NCBI RefSeq assembly: GCF_025526975.1
Contig: NW_026515671.1
Coordinates: 1,178,001-1,242,000 of the forward strand
Source: Fimicolochytrium jonesii
Taxonomy: Eukaryota
Direction: 5' to 3'
Length of the DNA: 64,000 bases
Below, piece by piece: positions 63,285-64,000 of the stretch (position 1 is the stretch's first letter; each line of letters starts with the position of its first letter). The notes beneath the pieces were generated by a model that saw only the letters and a list, made by a program, of their open reading frames with translations, was not told the DNA's origin and searched no databases. Both the position numbers and the translations under genes were made by a program.

Positions 63285-63451
63285 GCTGAATAGCTGCGGC
63301 AGGAAGTCCTAACTTAATGTCTTCGGCTTCTTTACATATCTACAATTCTATCTAGGAATTCGTAGCTGCATAGCCAATAGTGTACATAGTGTGACATCTT
63401 GAAGGAGTATAAGCATGCAAACGCCGGTTGAATTTCGAATCACTCTCCAGC

Positions 63452-64000
63452 CTAGGAAGCACTGCTTTTAGCAGGCACCTTCTCAAACTTGTCCCAGTCA
63501 AGACCAAAAAGCGTTTTGTAAAACATGACCAAAAACTTGTGTGTGTCACCCTTCAATGCGACCTCAATATTCGTGCGTTTTTTGGAGGCGGGGGTGCCCT
63601 TCGGACCGGTGCGGCGGTCGACGACGCACATTCCCTTCGTGAAGGTGCCGGTAGGCTCGACTTGGAAGTCGAGAGGGGTGAACTCGAGGAGGGTGGGGTC
63701 CACCAAAGCTCCGATCTGTGGAACAGGGAAACGATGTCAGCCGGGAACGTCGCGGGATGTATCCAAACACCTGATGCAGCAAACGCCTCTACGCACCGTC
63801 AATGGATCGTGCATAAACAACCACCTGAAACCTATTGTACGCTCGGTCAGGCCAAGCACGTGGTCCGTGATTGTAGATACAAAGTTGCTCAGGGGTGTTT
63901 GCAGAGGTTCCGCATGCGTCTTAAGGTAGTGGCTGTCGACGATTGAGGAGACCATGGTGACGTCGAGAGGTACGACGCGGACAGGAAGGTCGGACGCAAT
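63452..64000 (-). CDS. 3' part of an inosine/uridine-preferring nucleoside hydrolase (5'-truncated by the window)
   Basis: VVPLDVT, FMHDPLT, LVDPTLL...VEPTGTFTKGMCVVDRR, NIEVAL. Confidence 0.85.

Noticed and set aside
1..64000. U12-type introns, transposons, snRNA and rRNA genes
   Set aside because: GTATCC/ATATCC words fall inside exons or intron interiors rather than at inferred donors; no transposase/RT motifs or snRNA/rRNA signatures were recognised by eye.

Overview
Gene-dense (about 29 protein genes and 1 tRNA), intron-rich eukaryotic nuclear DNA. Introns are mostly 60-100 nt GT..AG with CTAAC/CTGAC-type branch points. Genes typical of fungi (NST1, APD1, YAR1, TDA10, IWR1) occur together with motile-flagellum genes (TTLL9, WDR92), which points to a zoosporic fungus (chytrid; inference). 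Most genes are housekeeping and many sit in head-to-head pairs. No transposon, CRISPR, rRNA or biosynthetic cluster was recognised. The most notable item is a PNUTS/Ppn1-type PP1 regulator (TFIIS-N, RVxF, CCCH) carrying an intron-split atypical N-terminal homeodomain, an architecture resembling plant LUMINIDEPENDENS. Also noted: an Argonaute with Asp at the catalytic glutamate-finger position, a divergent G6PD ending in a PTS1-like tripeptide, an intronless RlmD/Trm2-type methyltransferase, and a perfect 13-nt telomeric-repeat match in a long non-coding gap. Gene identities come from manual motif recognition, not database searches, and exon boundaries were inferred by eye.
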